A stretch of DNA of 37,359 nt from the IMG/VR virus record IMGVR_UViG_2654587746_000004, positions 1 to 37,359 of that record; one strand, 5' to 3'. Positions within the stretch are counted from its first letter, which is position 1. The number at the start of each line of letters is the position of its first letter. This document shows, one piece after another, positions 30,215 through 37,158 of the stretch. The notes under the pieces were generated by a model that did no database searches, had not been told where the DNA came from, and was given only the letters and a program-made list of their open reading frames with translations. A program made the position numbers and the translations under genes. This DNA comes from a virus (taxonomy: Duplodnaviria > Heunggongvirae > Uroviricota > Caudoviricetes).

Positions 30215-31075
30215 TCACCTGTCGAAAAACACGTAGCCAGTTTTCGATACGGTGATTGCGGATGATGGTTTGGATTGTGGTTGAATGGTTTCTGGCTTTT
30301 CGTCGTTCCAGCGCTGACCGTTCAGGTAGCTCGATGGTAACAACCTGTCGAATCCGAACTGCTTACCATTCCTGCATGCGATGTCTTCTGCCAGCATCGT
30401 GGCAAACTCGCTTGCCGTACCCCTGGTAGTTTTACGCCATTCCCTGAACTGTGTTCTGAATGCCGAAGCCGCGTTTTTCTTCCCGGCTTTCCGCATGCCT
30501 GCACACCAGAATATTTCCTCGAATGCCTTGTCGGTTTCTTCGTGACGGTCAGATGATTTTTCACACTCTGTCCGAACACTTTCGGACATAGTGTTTTTAT
30601 TATTTCTTTTTTCTTTTGTAATAGTTTCTTTTGTGTGTCCCTGTTTTGGTGACAGCGCTGTCACCGTTTTGGTGACACTTTTTGTCACCAATGCAGTGAC
30701 ATTATCACCAGAGTAGTGACACCCTTCGATTTGCCATTCCTCGATGTTCTTGTTAGGACCGATTTGCTGGCCTTCGCGAAGGATAACCTTCATCGCGATA
30801 AGCTCATTCTTGGCCTTGTTTACCTTCTGTCTTGGCAGCCTGGTAATTTGAGCTAACTGACTATCAGAGATGCGATCCATCTTTTTACCGTAGCCGTATG
30901 TTTTACGGCATATGGCGTGGGCAACCTTGCTCTGATTTTTCGTTAAATCTGCGCCGATAAGCTCTTCATACAGGGCATTTGCAAGACGGGTATAACCATC
31001 TTCAACTTCTGCCACACGACGCTCCACAGGCCGTTGTGAAGGCCTTAAATGTGTTACGGTTGCAAGATTACTCAT
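30215..31075 (-). CDS. Replication initiator, lambda O-like
   Basis: 286-aa ORF; N-terminal region (..[63 protein letters not shown]..) resembles the lambda O N-domain; iterons inside the gene. Confidence 0.85.
   Translation of the reverse strand: MSNLATVTHLRPSQRPVERRVAEVEDGYTRLANALYEELIGADLTKNQSKVAHAICRKTYGYGKKMDRISDSQLAQITRLPRQKVNKAKNELIAMKVILREGQQIGPNKNIEEWQIEGCHYSGDNVTALVTKSVTKTVTALSPKQGHTKETITKEKRNNKNTMSESVRTECEKSSDRHEETDKAFEEIFWCAGMRKAGKKNAASAFRTQFREWRKTTRGTASEFATMLAEDIACRNGKQFGFDRLLPSSYLNGQRWNDEKPETIQPQSKPSSAITVSKTGYVFFDR
30590..30725. repeat. Replication origin: iterons with adjacent AT-rich region, inside the O-like gene
   Basis: Repeated GGTGACA/TGTCACC units (GGTGACAGCGCTGTCACC; GGTGACACTTTTTGTCACC; GTGACATTATCACC; GTGACACC) next to a T-rich tract; coding strand reads as repeated VTKTVTAL peptide. 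Confidence 0.75.
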
Positions 31076-31214
31076 GACCTTTCTCCTTCTGCATCAGCTT
31101 CACTTTTTCCAACTCAGCCCGGAATCGACCAGGCTGCTTGAAGCTGGACAGGAAGCGATCACGTAGTATGTGTTTGTGAATTTTGTCCTGGTAAGGACTG
31201 AGTTGTTTTGTCAT
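31068..31214 (-). CDS. Putative 48-aa basic protein between cII and the O-like gene
   Basis: Hand-translated [48 protein letters not shown]; GGAG Shine-Dalgarno upstream; stop overlaps O start; not in the track (below 60 aa). Confidence 0.4.
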   Translation of the reverse strand: MTKQLSPYQDKIHKHILRDRFLSSFKQPGRFRAELEKVKLMQKEKGHE

Positions 31215-31246
31215 AATGACTCCTGTGGATTGATCCAGTAATGACC

Positions 31247-31540
31247 TCAGAATTCCATCTGGATTTGTTCAGAACGCTCGGTTGCCGCCGGGCGTTTTTT
31301 ATTGGTGAGAATCGAAGCAACTTGTCGTGCCAATCGAGCCATATCGTCGTCAACGACGCCCCATTCAAGAACAGCAAGCAGCATTGAGAACTTTGGAATC
31401 CAGTCCCTCTTCCACCTGCTGATCTGCGACTTATCAACTCCCACAGCTTCCGCTGTCTTCTCAGTTCCAAGCATTGCGATTTTGTTAAGCAACGCACTCT
31501 CGATTCGTAGAGCCTCGTTGCGTTTGTTTGCACGAACCAT
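31247..31540 (-). CDS. cII: Transcriptional activator CII (lambda-type)
   Basis: 97-aa product [74 protein letters not shown]... near-identical to remembered lambda CII. Confidence 0.95.
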   Translation of the reverse strand: MVRANKRNEALRIESALLNKIAMLGTEKTAEAVGVDKSQISRWKRDWIPKFSMLLAVLEWGVVDDDMARLARQVASILTNKKRPAATERSEQIQMEF

Positions 31541-31596
31541 ATGTAAGTATTTCCTTAACAAATAAGAAGTTATGCGCATCAACTTATGCGCGTTGT

Positions 31597-31642
31597 ATTC
31601 CCGCATTTCGGCGGGAATGAGGACCATGACTGTTAAAGAGCA
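31597..31642 (-). promoter_or_regulatory. nutR (boxA + boxB)
   Basis: Minus strand, just 3' of cro: boxA TGCTCTTTAACA then boxB hairpin CCCGCCGAAATGCGGG; the same boxA/boxB pair recurs at nutL. Confidence 0.75.
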
Positions 31643-31648
31643 ATTTGC

Positions 31649-31834
31649 TTATGCCGCTTTGCGGTAAGCGCTTTCTTGATACTTCAGGGCGCCAGCTGTA
31701 ACGACTTCCAGTCGATAGGCGTCTTTCTCTGGGATGACTTCCTTCCACTGAGAGACTGCTGCGTCGCTAATGCCTAACGCTTTAGCTACAGCACGCTGGG
31801 TTCCGAAGTGGTCGATAACATCTTTCTTGTACAT
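31649..31834 (-). CDS. cro: Cro repressor (P22-type)
   Basis: 61-aa product MYKKDVIDHFGTQRAVAKALGISDAAVSQWKEVIPEKDAYRLEVVTAGALKYQESAYRKAA near-identical to remembered P22 Cro. Confidence 0.95.
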   Translation of the reverse strand: MYKKDVIDHFGTQRAVAKALGISDAAVSQWKEVIPEKDAYRLEVVTAGALKYQESAYRKAA

Positions 31835-31914
31835 AGACTCGCTCCGAAATTAAAGAACACTTAAATTATCCACTAAAGGAATCTTAAGTCAAGTTTATTT
31901 AAGATGTCTTAACT
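31835..31914. promoter_or_regulatory. OR operator cluster with divergent pR/pRM promoters
   Basis: Three P22-type sites with AnTTAAG...CTTAAnT symmetry (ATTAAAGAACACTTAAAT; CACTAAAGGAATCTTAAGT; TATTTAAGATGTCTTAACT) between cro and c2 starts. Confidence 0.8.
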
Positions 31915-32565
31915 ATGAAAACTCAATTGATGGGAGAGCGCATTCGCGCTCGGAGAAAAGAACTCAAGATCAGGCAGGCCGCACTTGGAAAGATGGTCGG
32001 CGTGTCTAATGTTGCCATATCTCAGTGGGAACGCTCTGAGACAGAGCCAAATGGAGAGAATCTTCTCGCCCTGGCTAATGCGTTGAAGTGTTCCCCTGAC
32101 TATCTGATGAAAGGAGAGGAAAGTCTTTCAAACATTGCCTATCACAGTAGGCATGATCCAAGAGGGTCATACCCTCTGATTAGCTGGGTGAGCGCAGGAT
32201 GCTGGATGGAAGCTGTAGAACCATATCATAAGCGTGCAATAGATAACTGGTACGATACAACCGTAGACTGTTCAGAAGATTCGTTTTGGTTGGACGTGAA
32301 GGGAGACTCAATGACGGCTCCGGCCGGTCTCAGTATCCCTGAAGGAATGATAATACTCGTCGATCCTGAAGTAGAGCCGCGTAACGGGAAACTGGTAGTT
32401 GCAAAGCTCGAAGGAGAAAACGAGGCAACTTTCAAGAAGTTAGTTATTGATGCAGGCAGGAAGTTTCTAAAACCACTTAACCCACAATATCCGATGATCG
32501 AGATCAACGGAAACTGCAAAATCATCGGCGTAGTTGTCGATGCAAAACTAGCAAACCTTCCATAA
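31915..32565 (+). CDS. c2: Prophage repressor C2 (P22-type CI; LexA-like autocleavage domain)
   Basis: 216-aa product MKTQLMGERIRARRKELKIRQAALGKMVGVSNVAISQWERSETEPNGENLLALANAL... near-identical to remembered P22 C2; C-terminal S24 peptidase-like domain. Confidence 0.95.
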   Translation: MKTQLMGERIRARRKELKIRQAALGKMVGVSNVAISQWERSETEPNGENLLALANALKCSPDYLMKGEESLSNIAYHSRHDPRGSYPLISWVSAGCWMEAVEPYHKRAIDNWYDTTVDCSEDSFWLDVKGDSMTAPAGLSIPEGMIILVDPEVEPRNGKLVVAKLEGENEATFKKLVIDAGRKFLKPLNPQYPMIEINGNCKIIGVVVDAKLANLP

Positions 32566-32590
32566 GGGGGCATTCGCCCCTTTTTTTATT
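32566..32590 (+). terminator. Rho-independent terminator after c2
   Basis: GGGGGC-ATTC-GCCCC followed by TTTTTTTATTT immediately after the c2 stop. Confidence 0.8.
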
Positions 32591-32610
32591 TCCTTTAAAA
32601 ATCAAAGCCA

Positions 32611-32690
32611 AACTTAAATTACGAAAGAAAATTTAAGTTTTCTTCAAAAATACTCTTGACCATTAATTAAAGAGATCTTAAATTTAAGCC
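32611..32690 (+). promoter_or_regulatory. OL operators and pL promoter
   Basis: P22-type operator half-sites (ACTTAAAT.../...ATTTAAGT; GATCTTAAATTTAAG) overlapping TTGACC - 17 nt - TAAATT (32656-32684), oriented toward N. Confidence 0.75.
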
Positions 32691-32730
32691 ATCAGCAGGA
32701 CGCTGGAAGCCAAACGGAACAGATTGGCAG

Positions 32731-32771
32731 GCTCTTTAACATTGATGGGATTGTCCCGCCGAAATGCGGGA
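32731..32771 (+). promoter_or_regulatory. nutL (boxA + boxB)
   Basis: boxA GCTCTTTAACA followed by boxB hairpin CCCGCCGAAATGCGGG, the same as at nutR. Confidence 0.75.
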
Positions 32772-32878
32772 ACCAAAGAGTAGTTGGCTTTGGGGTGACG
32801 TGAAGTGCAGCTGCACGACGGCAACCGGAAGATAAGCACCCGGCGCGTCACCGCCAAAGTCAATCATCGGAGGTCAAC

Positions 32879-33178
32879 ATGACAGTAGTCATTACATATC
32901 TGGCTGACGATAACGCCAGAAATCGCCGCAGAGCACGCAGACAGGCTCAACGTGAACAGGCAATGCAAGAGCAGCGACTGGCACGAAAAATTGCGCTAAA
33001 GCTCTCTGGTTGCGTCAGAGCAGATAAAGCAGCATCACTCGGAAGCCTTCTCTGCAAGAAGGCAGATGAAGTCGAGCGTAAACAGAACCGTATTTACTAC
33101 CGCAAGCCACGCTGTGAAATGGGTGTGACTTGTGTTGGTCGCCAGAAAATGAAATTAGGCAGCAAACCACTTATTTGA
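32879..33178 (+). CDS. N: Antiterminator N (phage 21-like C-terminal region, Arg-rich N-terminus)
   Basis: 99-aa product; ...ARKIALKLSGCVRADKAASLGSLLCKKADEVERKQNRIYYRKPRCEMGVTCVGRQKMKLGSKPLI resembles remembered phage 21 N; N-terminal Arg-rich motif NARNRRRARRQAQREQ; first gene after pL/nutL. Confidence 0.85.
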   Translation: MTVVITYLADDNARNRRRARRQAQREQAMQEQRLARKIALKLSGCVRADKAASLGSLLCKKADEVERKQNRIYYRKPRCEMGVTCVGRQKMKLGSKPLI

Positions 33179-33186
33179 GGTGATAT

Positions 33187-33273
33187 ATGGAAGAAGAATT
33201 TGAAGAGTTCGAAGAGCATCCGCAGGATGTGATGGAACAATACCAGGACTATCCTTATGACTACGACTATTGA
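33187..33273 (+). CDS. Putative 28-aa highly acidic Tyr-rich peptide between N and ral
   Basis: Hand-translated MEEEFEEFEEHPQDVMEQYQDYPYDYDY; starts 9 nt after N stop, overlaps ral start; not in the track. Speculative. Confidence 0.3.
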   Translation: MEEEFEEFEEHPQDVMEQYQDYPYDYDY

Positions 33274-33457
33274 TAAAAATCAATGGTGTGGACAATTCAA
33301 GCGATGCAATGGATGCAAGCTTCAATCGGAATGCATGGTTAAGCCTGAAGAAATGTTCCCTGTAATGGAGGATGGGAAATATGTCGATAAATGGGCAATA
33401 CGAACGACGGCAATGATTGCCAGAGAACTTGGTAAACAGAACAACAAGGCTGCCTGA
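33257..33457 (+). CDS. ral: Restriction alleviation protein Ral
   Basis: 66-aa product MTTTIDKNQWCGQFKRCNGCKLQSECMVKPEEMFPVMEDGKYVDKWAIRTTAMIARELGKQNNKAA matches remembered lambda Ral. Confidence 0.9.
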   Translation: MTTTIDKNQWCGQFKRCNGCKLQSECMVKPEEMFPVMEDGKYVDKWAIRTTAMIARELGKQNNKAA

Positions 33458-33593
33458 TGGTGGCCTTTATTTTTGGCATAAACAACAGAATAAACACTGC
33501 ACTGTGTATTCATTCCAACGAGTGAATACACGGAGCAATGTCGCTCGTAACTAAACAGGAGCCGACTTGTTCTGATTATTGGAAATCTTCTTT

Positions 33594-33620
33594 GCCCTCC
33601 AGTGTGAGGGCTTTTTTATA
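33594..33620 (+). terminator. tL1-like intrinsic terminator in the pL operon
   Basis: GCCCTC-CAGTGT-GAGGGC followed by TTTTTTATAT, upstream of the cIII-like gene. Confidence 0.65.
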
Positions 33621-33683
33621 TGCATACCAATAACGCTTCAATTGAGGCGTTTTCGTTATGCAATCAAACAGAAGGAGCATCCT

Positions 33684-33854
33684 ATGCAACAGTTCGCTAT
33701 TGCAGGGGCGGCATCGGTTCGCCCTTTCAACCCGATTTTATCAGTACAGCATTCACGAAAAAACATTTTAACCGGAGCAGACTTTAAACAACCAAGAATG
33801 AAGAGTTTGCTCGAAAAGCTTTGGGATATTTTGAAACAACAAGGCCGTCCATGA
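33684..33854 (+). CDS. CIII-like protein (putative FtsH inhibitor)
   Basis: 56-aa product from ATG with AAGGAG Shine-Dalgarno; MQQFAIAG... and ...KSLLEKLWDILKQQGRP resemble the lambda CIII core (ESLLERITRKL..RLIDILNQPG); moderate similarity only. Confidence 0.55.
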   Translation: MQQFAIAGAASVRPFNPILSVQHSRKNILTGADFKQPRMKSLLEKLWDILKQQGRP

Positions 33855-34021
33855 GTTTTACAGATAAATGGTCAGACGAAGAATTCATTCGTCAGATGAA
33901 AGATTTAATCGGTAACGAAGGAGATATTCATGTCACTTGCAACCACAGTGAAGGAGAGCAAGTTACAGAGACGCATGTACACGCAGCAGGCGTTAATGTA
34001 TCGCCAGAAGGGAGATCGTGA
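33851..34021 (+). CDS. Small hypothetical protein (kil/arf position)
   Basis: 56-aa ORF MSFTDKWSDEEFIRQMKDLIGNEGDIHV...; ATG overlaps cIII-like stop (ATGA). Confidence 0.45.
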   Translation: MSFTDKWSDEEFIRQMKDLIGNEGDIHVTCNHSEGEQVTETHVHAAGVNVSPEGRS

Positions 34022-34110
34022 AGGTGTTCGCGTATTTTTAAATGCGGCAAAGACTGAAGTATTAAATCAGCGTTATTTACTTGGGCCGTGTCCATTCTGA
34101 GAACAATCAT

Positions 34111-34716
34111 ATGAGCAAAGAATTTTACGCAAGACTGGCAGCTATTCAGGAGAATCTGAACGCGCCAAAAAATCAGTACAACTCATTCGGTAAATATAAA
34201 TACAGAAGCTGCGAAGATATTCTTGAAGGCGTTAAGCCGTTACTGAATGGTCTGTTTTTATCAATCAGCGATGAAGTTGTGTTGATTGGTGATCGGTATT
34301 ACGTGAAAGCCACGGCAACTATTACCGATGGCGAAAACAGTCATACAGCAACCGCTCTTGCACGAGAGGAAGAAAGCAAGAAAGGAATGGATTCTGCACA
34401 AGTTACTGGAGCTACAAGCTCTTATGCACGCAAGTATTGCCTCAATGGTTTGTTCGGCATTGATGATGCGAAAGATGCAGATACCGACGAGCATAAACAT
34501 CAGCAGAACGCAGCAGCAAAGCAATCAAAACCATCACCTACACCTGAACAGGTTCTAAAAGCATTCACTGACGCAGCATTGCAGAAAAACACCGTGGAAG
34601 AGCTTAAACAGGCGTTCGCCAAAGCGTGGAAGATGCTCGAAGGCACACCGGAGCAGCATAAAGCGCAGGACGTTTACAACATCAGACGAGACGAATTAGA
34701 AGGAGCGGCTGCTTAA
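34111..34716 (+). CDS. erf: Erf single-strand annealing recombinase (P22-type)
   Basis: 201-aa product MSKEFYARLAAIQENLNAPKNQYNSFGKYKYRSCEDILEGVKPLLNGLFLSISDEVVLIGDRYYVKATATITDGENSH... closely matches remembered P22 Erf; the track start is a non-ATG extension. Confidence 0.92.
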   Translation: MSKEFYARLAAIQENLNAPKNQYNSFGKYKYRSCEDILEGVKPLLNGLFLSISDEVVLIGDRYYVKATATITDGENSHTATALAREEESKKGMDSAQVTGATSSYARKYCLNGLFGIDDAKDADTDEHKHQQNAAAKQSKPSPTPEQVLKAFTDAALQKNTVEELKQAFAKAWKMLEGTPEQHKAQDVYNIRRDELEGAAA

Positions 34717-35099
34717 TGGCACATTCGATTACAGTAAGACTAAACAAACCCGCAAGAGAGTTTCAGACCGGGGAAAATATCGGATTCAACATCCGTGCTG
34801 GCGTTCAGTATTACGATCGCCAGACAAAAAAGAAAGAATGGACAAACTACAGCGCCGTTGTATTTGCCAAGCCGGGAGCGCAAGCGGATTACTACCGTAG
34901 TGTTCTTGTTGAAGGTGGCATTGTGGAAATTACCGGAGAAAACATCAGGGTTGATGTTTATCAGGGGCAAAATGGTCAATCAATCACTCTTGAATTACTG
35001 AATGCAAAGATTGGATTTGCAGCTTCAGGAAATGGCACGCAGCAGCAAAGTAGTAACCAGCAGAACACTCCTGTATACGACGATTCCATCCCATTCTGA
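34716..35099 (+). CDS. Single-stranded DNA-binding protein (short single-OB-fold SSB with DIPF-type tail)
   Basis: 127-aa ORF starting on the erf stop; core aligns by eye with E. coli SSB (EWTNYSAVVFAKPG..YRSVLVEGGIVEITGE); Gln-rich linker ends ..PVYDDSIPF like SSB's ..DFDDDIPF. Confidence 0.7.
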   Translation: MAHSITVRLNKPAREFQTGENIGFNIRAGVQYYDRQTKKKEWTNYSAVVFAKPGAQADYYRSVLVEGGIVEITGENIRVDVYQGQNGQSITLELLNAKIGFAASGNGTQQQSSNQQNTPVYDDSIPF

Positions 35100-35122
35100 T
35101 TTAGAAAAATAAGGATTTAATT

Positions 35123-35416
35123 ATGCCAGCGCCTCTGTATGGTGCGGATGACCCGCGCCGCTGTTCCGGCAATTCCGTATCGGAGGTGCTGGATAAATTC
35201 AGGAAAAACTACAACCGGATAATGTCGCTACCGCAGGAAACGAAAGAGGAAAAGGAATTTCGCCATTGTATATGGCTTGCAGAGAAAGAAGAACTCGAGC
35301 GAATTTACCAGACATCAATCCGACCATTCCGCAAAGCCACATATACCCACTTCCCTGAAATTGACCCGCGCCTGCGTAATTACCGCTCACGCTATGGCGC
35401 TATCAGTAATGACTGA
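35123..35416 (+). CDS. abc2: Anti-RecBCD protein Abc2
   Basis: 97-aa product [30 protein letters not shown]... matches remembered P22 Abc2; located after erf as in P22. Confidence 0.8.
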   Translation: MPAPLYGADDPRRCSGNSVSEVLDKFRKNYNRIMSLPQETKEEKEFRHCIWLAEKEELERIYQTSIRPFRKATYTHFPEIDPRLRNYRSRYGAISND

Positions 35417-35426
35417 GGAATTTACC

Positions 35427-35594
35427 ATGAGAGGACTTGCATACAATCCCGGCATTCTTCCGGCAGAAATGATTATTCGCCAACGCGTAAAGCCAATGCC
35501 ATCGAGAGAGGAATTGCTTAAGAGAAATAGTTTCGGTTCTGTTAATGACAACAAATATCTGAATGCGATGTGGCGTAAAGGAGGCAAGCAGTGA
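35427..35594 (+). CDS. Small hypothetical protein (possibly Abc1-position gene)
   Basis: 55-aa product [31 protein letters not shown]... with GAGGAA Shine-Dalgarno 6 nt upstream; start chosen by RBS within the longer track ORF. Confidence 0.45.
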   Translation: MRGLAYNPGILPAEMIIRQRVKPMPSREELLKRNSFGSVNDNKYLNAMWRKGGKQ

Positions 35595-35890
35595 GTGTCA
35601 ATCTTATTGATAAACGTCGACGTGGGCAACAAATACCACCTGTAGGAATTCCGAATCACACATGGTTTTGCGTACTTGATATCGATGGTATGGATTCGTT
35701 GGTTGACACTCGTCATTACTGCGATACCGCAACAGCTACTCCGGCGAAAGCAAAGAAAATGGCTGCTCTGATAGAAAACTGGACTCCACCTGATGGTTGG
35801 TGCAATGGGAATGATCGAAATTGGCATGAAAAAATGAAGGGCTATATCTGCGATTTCTTACGTAAATGCAACGGCTTCAGGGTGATGTGA
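35591..35890 (+). CDS. Hypothetical Cys-containing protein
   Basis: 99-aa ORF with GTG start preceded by AAGGAGG; overlaps previous stop; several Cys/Trp (..[19 protein letters not shown]..). Confidence 0.5.
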   Translation: MSVNLIDKRRRGQQIPPVGIPNHTWFCVLDIDGMDSLVDTRHYCDTATATPAKAKKMAALIENWTPPDGWCNGNDRNWHEKMKGYICDFLRKCNGFRVM

Positions 35891-35891
35891 T

Positions 35892-36449
35892 ATGACCAAA
35901 ATTAACTATCAGGCACTGCGTGAAGCGGCAGAAAAAGCAACGTGTGGTGTGTGGTCGCTCGAATATGGAGAGGAGAGATTTGATGGTGATGATGCACTAA
36001 TTCATCGCGAGGCTGCTGGATATATTCCCATTTGCAGAATTGAAGGAGCGCATCCTGAAAGCGGTTTCGATGAAGATTTCCAAATGGAACAGCAGGCCAA
36101 TGCTGAATTCATCGCCGCAGCCAATCCGGCTACCGTCTTGGCGCTGCTGGATGAGCTGGAAACAGCAAAAAAGCGCATAGCAGAACTGAAAGCCGAACCT
36201 GTAAGCCAAACTTACAAGTTGAACCAGCTATCGGGCAACTCTCCGGTAACTCAGGATAGTTGGATAAGCTGTAGTGAGCGGATTCCCGCGCAAGATGATT
36301 GGGTTTTAATTTATTCAAAGCACGGCGAGTATATGGCAGGACAGGTACAAGGGGAATACGTGGAGTTGAGCGACGGCACTTTATCGTGGTTAGGGAACGC
36401 CTTGTTCTGGATGCCGCTACCAGAACCGCCTCGATTAAAGGAGCTATAA
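35892..36449 (+). CDS. Ead/Ea22-like protein with C-terminal DUF551 domain
   Basis: 185-aa ORF; N-terminal ..ALREAAEKATCGVW..ANAEFIAAANPATVLALLDELE.. and C-terminal ..WISCSERIPAQDDWVLIY.. pattern recalled from lambdoid ea-region proteins. Confidence 0.7.
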   Translation: MTKINYQALREAAEKATCGVWSLEYGEERFDGDDALIHREAAGYIPICRIEGAHPESGFDEDFQMEQQANAEFIAAANPATVLALLDELETAKKRIAELKAEPVSQTYKLNQLSGNSPVTQDSWISCSERIPAQDDWVLIYSKHGEYMAGQVQGEYVELSDGTLSWLGNALFWMPLPEPPRLKEL

Positions 36450-36563
36450 TAGTGAACTATTATATCTATTTGTATTAAAAGAGTTTTTATAAAATAAATC
36501 TTCCAAAGCATGTAAAAACACTGTTAATCTTAACGTGTGTGAAACGTGAAGAGAGGTGTTGAA

Positions 36564-36845
36564 ATGAGCATTCATGATTTGTGTGAAGATCAAGAGCAAT
36601 GGGCTATGCAGACCCTTATGGGATCAGGAGTTCTTGCAAGGTGCAGAATCCATAACGATGTAATTTTAGACAGCGGAAATGATGCTTCTTCTGCTTATAA
36701 ATTAGGAACTTACTTATATCAAAAAGATAATAGCTGCAACTTATTCAATACTCTTACTGAAGCCCGCGACGCAATAAAGGATGCATATGAATCGTATTGT
36801 GGGATTGATGATTGCCCACAATGCTCAAAATACATTGACGATTAA
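36564..36845 (+). CDS. Moron-encoded hypothetical protein (AT-rich, own promoter and terminators)
   Basis: 93-aa product MSIHDLCEDQEQWAMQTLMGSGV...CGIDDCPQCSKYIDD from ATG with GAGAGG Shine-Dalgarno; AT-rich promoter-like sequence upstream; low GC. Confidence 0.55.
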   Translation: MSIHDLCEDQEQWAMQTLMGSGVLARCRIHNDVILDSGNDASSAYKLGTYLYQKDNSCNLFNTLTEARDAIKDAYESYCGIDDCPQCSKYIDD

Positions 36846-36864
36846 TAATATGAACAAGTAACTA

Positions 36865-36920
36865 TCCTCGCACTCGCGGGGATTTCTTTTATCTGAACTC
36901 GCTACGGCGAGTTTTGTTTT
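36865..36920 (+). terminator. Tandem intrinsic terminators after the moron gene
   Basis: CCTCGC-ACTC-GCGGGG + ATTTCTTTT, then AACTCGC-TACG-GCGAGTT + TTGTTTT. Confidence 0.65.
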
Positions 36921-36933
36921 ATGGAGATGATAA

Positions 36934-37101
36934 ATGCACTTCCGAGTCACAGGTGAATGGAATGGAGAACCATTCAACAGAGTTATCGAAGCAGAGAACA
37001 TCAATGACTGCTATGACCACTGGATGATATGGGCGCAGATAGCACATGCAGACGTAACCAATATTCGAATTGAAGAACTGAAAGAACACCAAGCCGCCTG
37101 A
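36934..37101 (+). CDS. Small hypothetical protein
   Basis: 55-aa hand-translated MHFRVTGEWNGEPFNRVIEAENINDCYDHWMIWAQIAHADVTNIRIEELKEHQAA; GGAGA Shine-Dalgarno upstream; stop lies in the loop of a terminator hairpin. Confidence 0.5.
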   Translation: MHFRVTGEWNGEPFNRVIEAENINDCYDHWMIWAQIAHADVTNIRIEELKEHQAA

Positions 37102-37116
37102 TGGCGGTTTTTTATT
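37093..37116 (+). terminator. Rho-independent terminator upstream of xis
   Basis: CCGCC-TGAT-GGCGG followed by TTTTTTATT. Confidence 0.7.
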
Positions 37117-37123
37117 GCCTGAT

Positions 37124-37139
37124 TTGCAGGTTCGATTCC
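37124..37139. other. tRNA T-arm-like 16-mer; candidate attP core fragment
   Basis: TTGCAGGTTCGATTCC matches the T-stem/loop of an Arg tRNA (argW as remembered) but no complete cloverleaf or 3' acceptor follows; lies just upstream of the xis-int operon. Confidence 0.2.
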
Positions 37140-37158
37140 ATATTCGGAGATAGCACTC

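Noticed and set aside
31159-31533. 124-aa minus-strand ORF
   Set aside because: Overlaps cII in a different frame; cII is unambiguous from its sequence, so this is an alternative-frame artefact.
33322-33531. 69-aa minus-strand ORF
   Set aside because: Antisense to ral and the following spacer, against the direction of the pL operon; no Shine-Dalgarno.
37124-37139. Possible tRNA gene
   Set aside because: Only a T-arm-like 16-mer is present; there is no complementary T-stem 3' half, acceptor stem or anticodon arm, so it is not an intact tRNA. Kept only as a candidate attP core.
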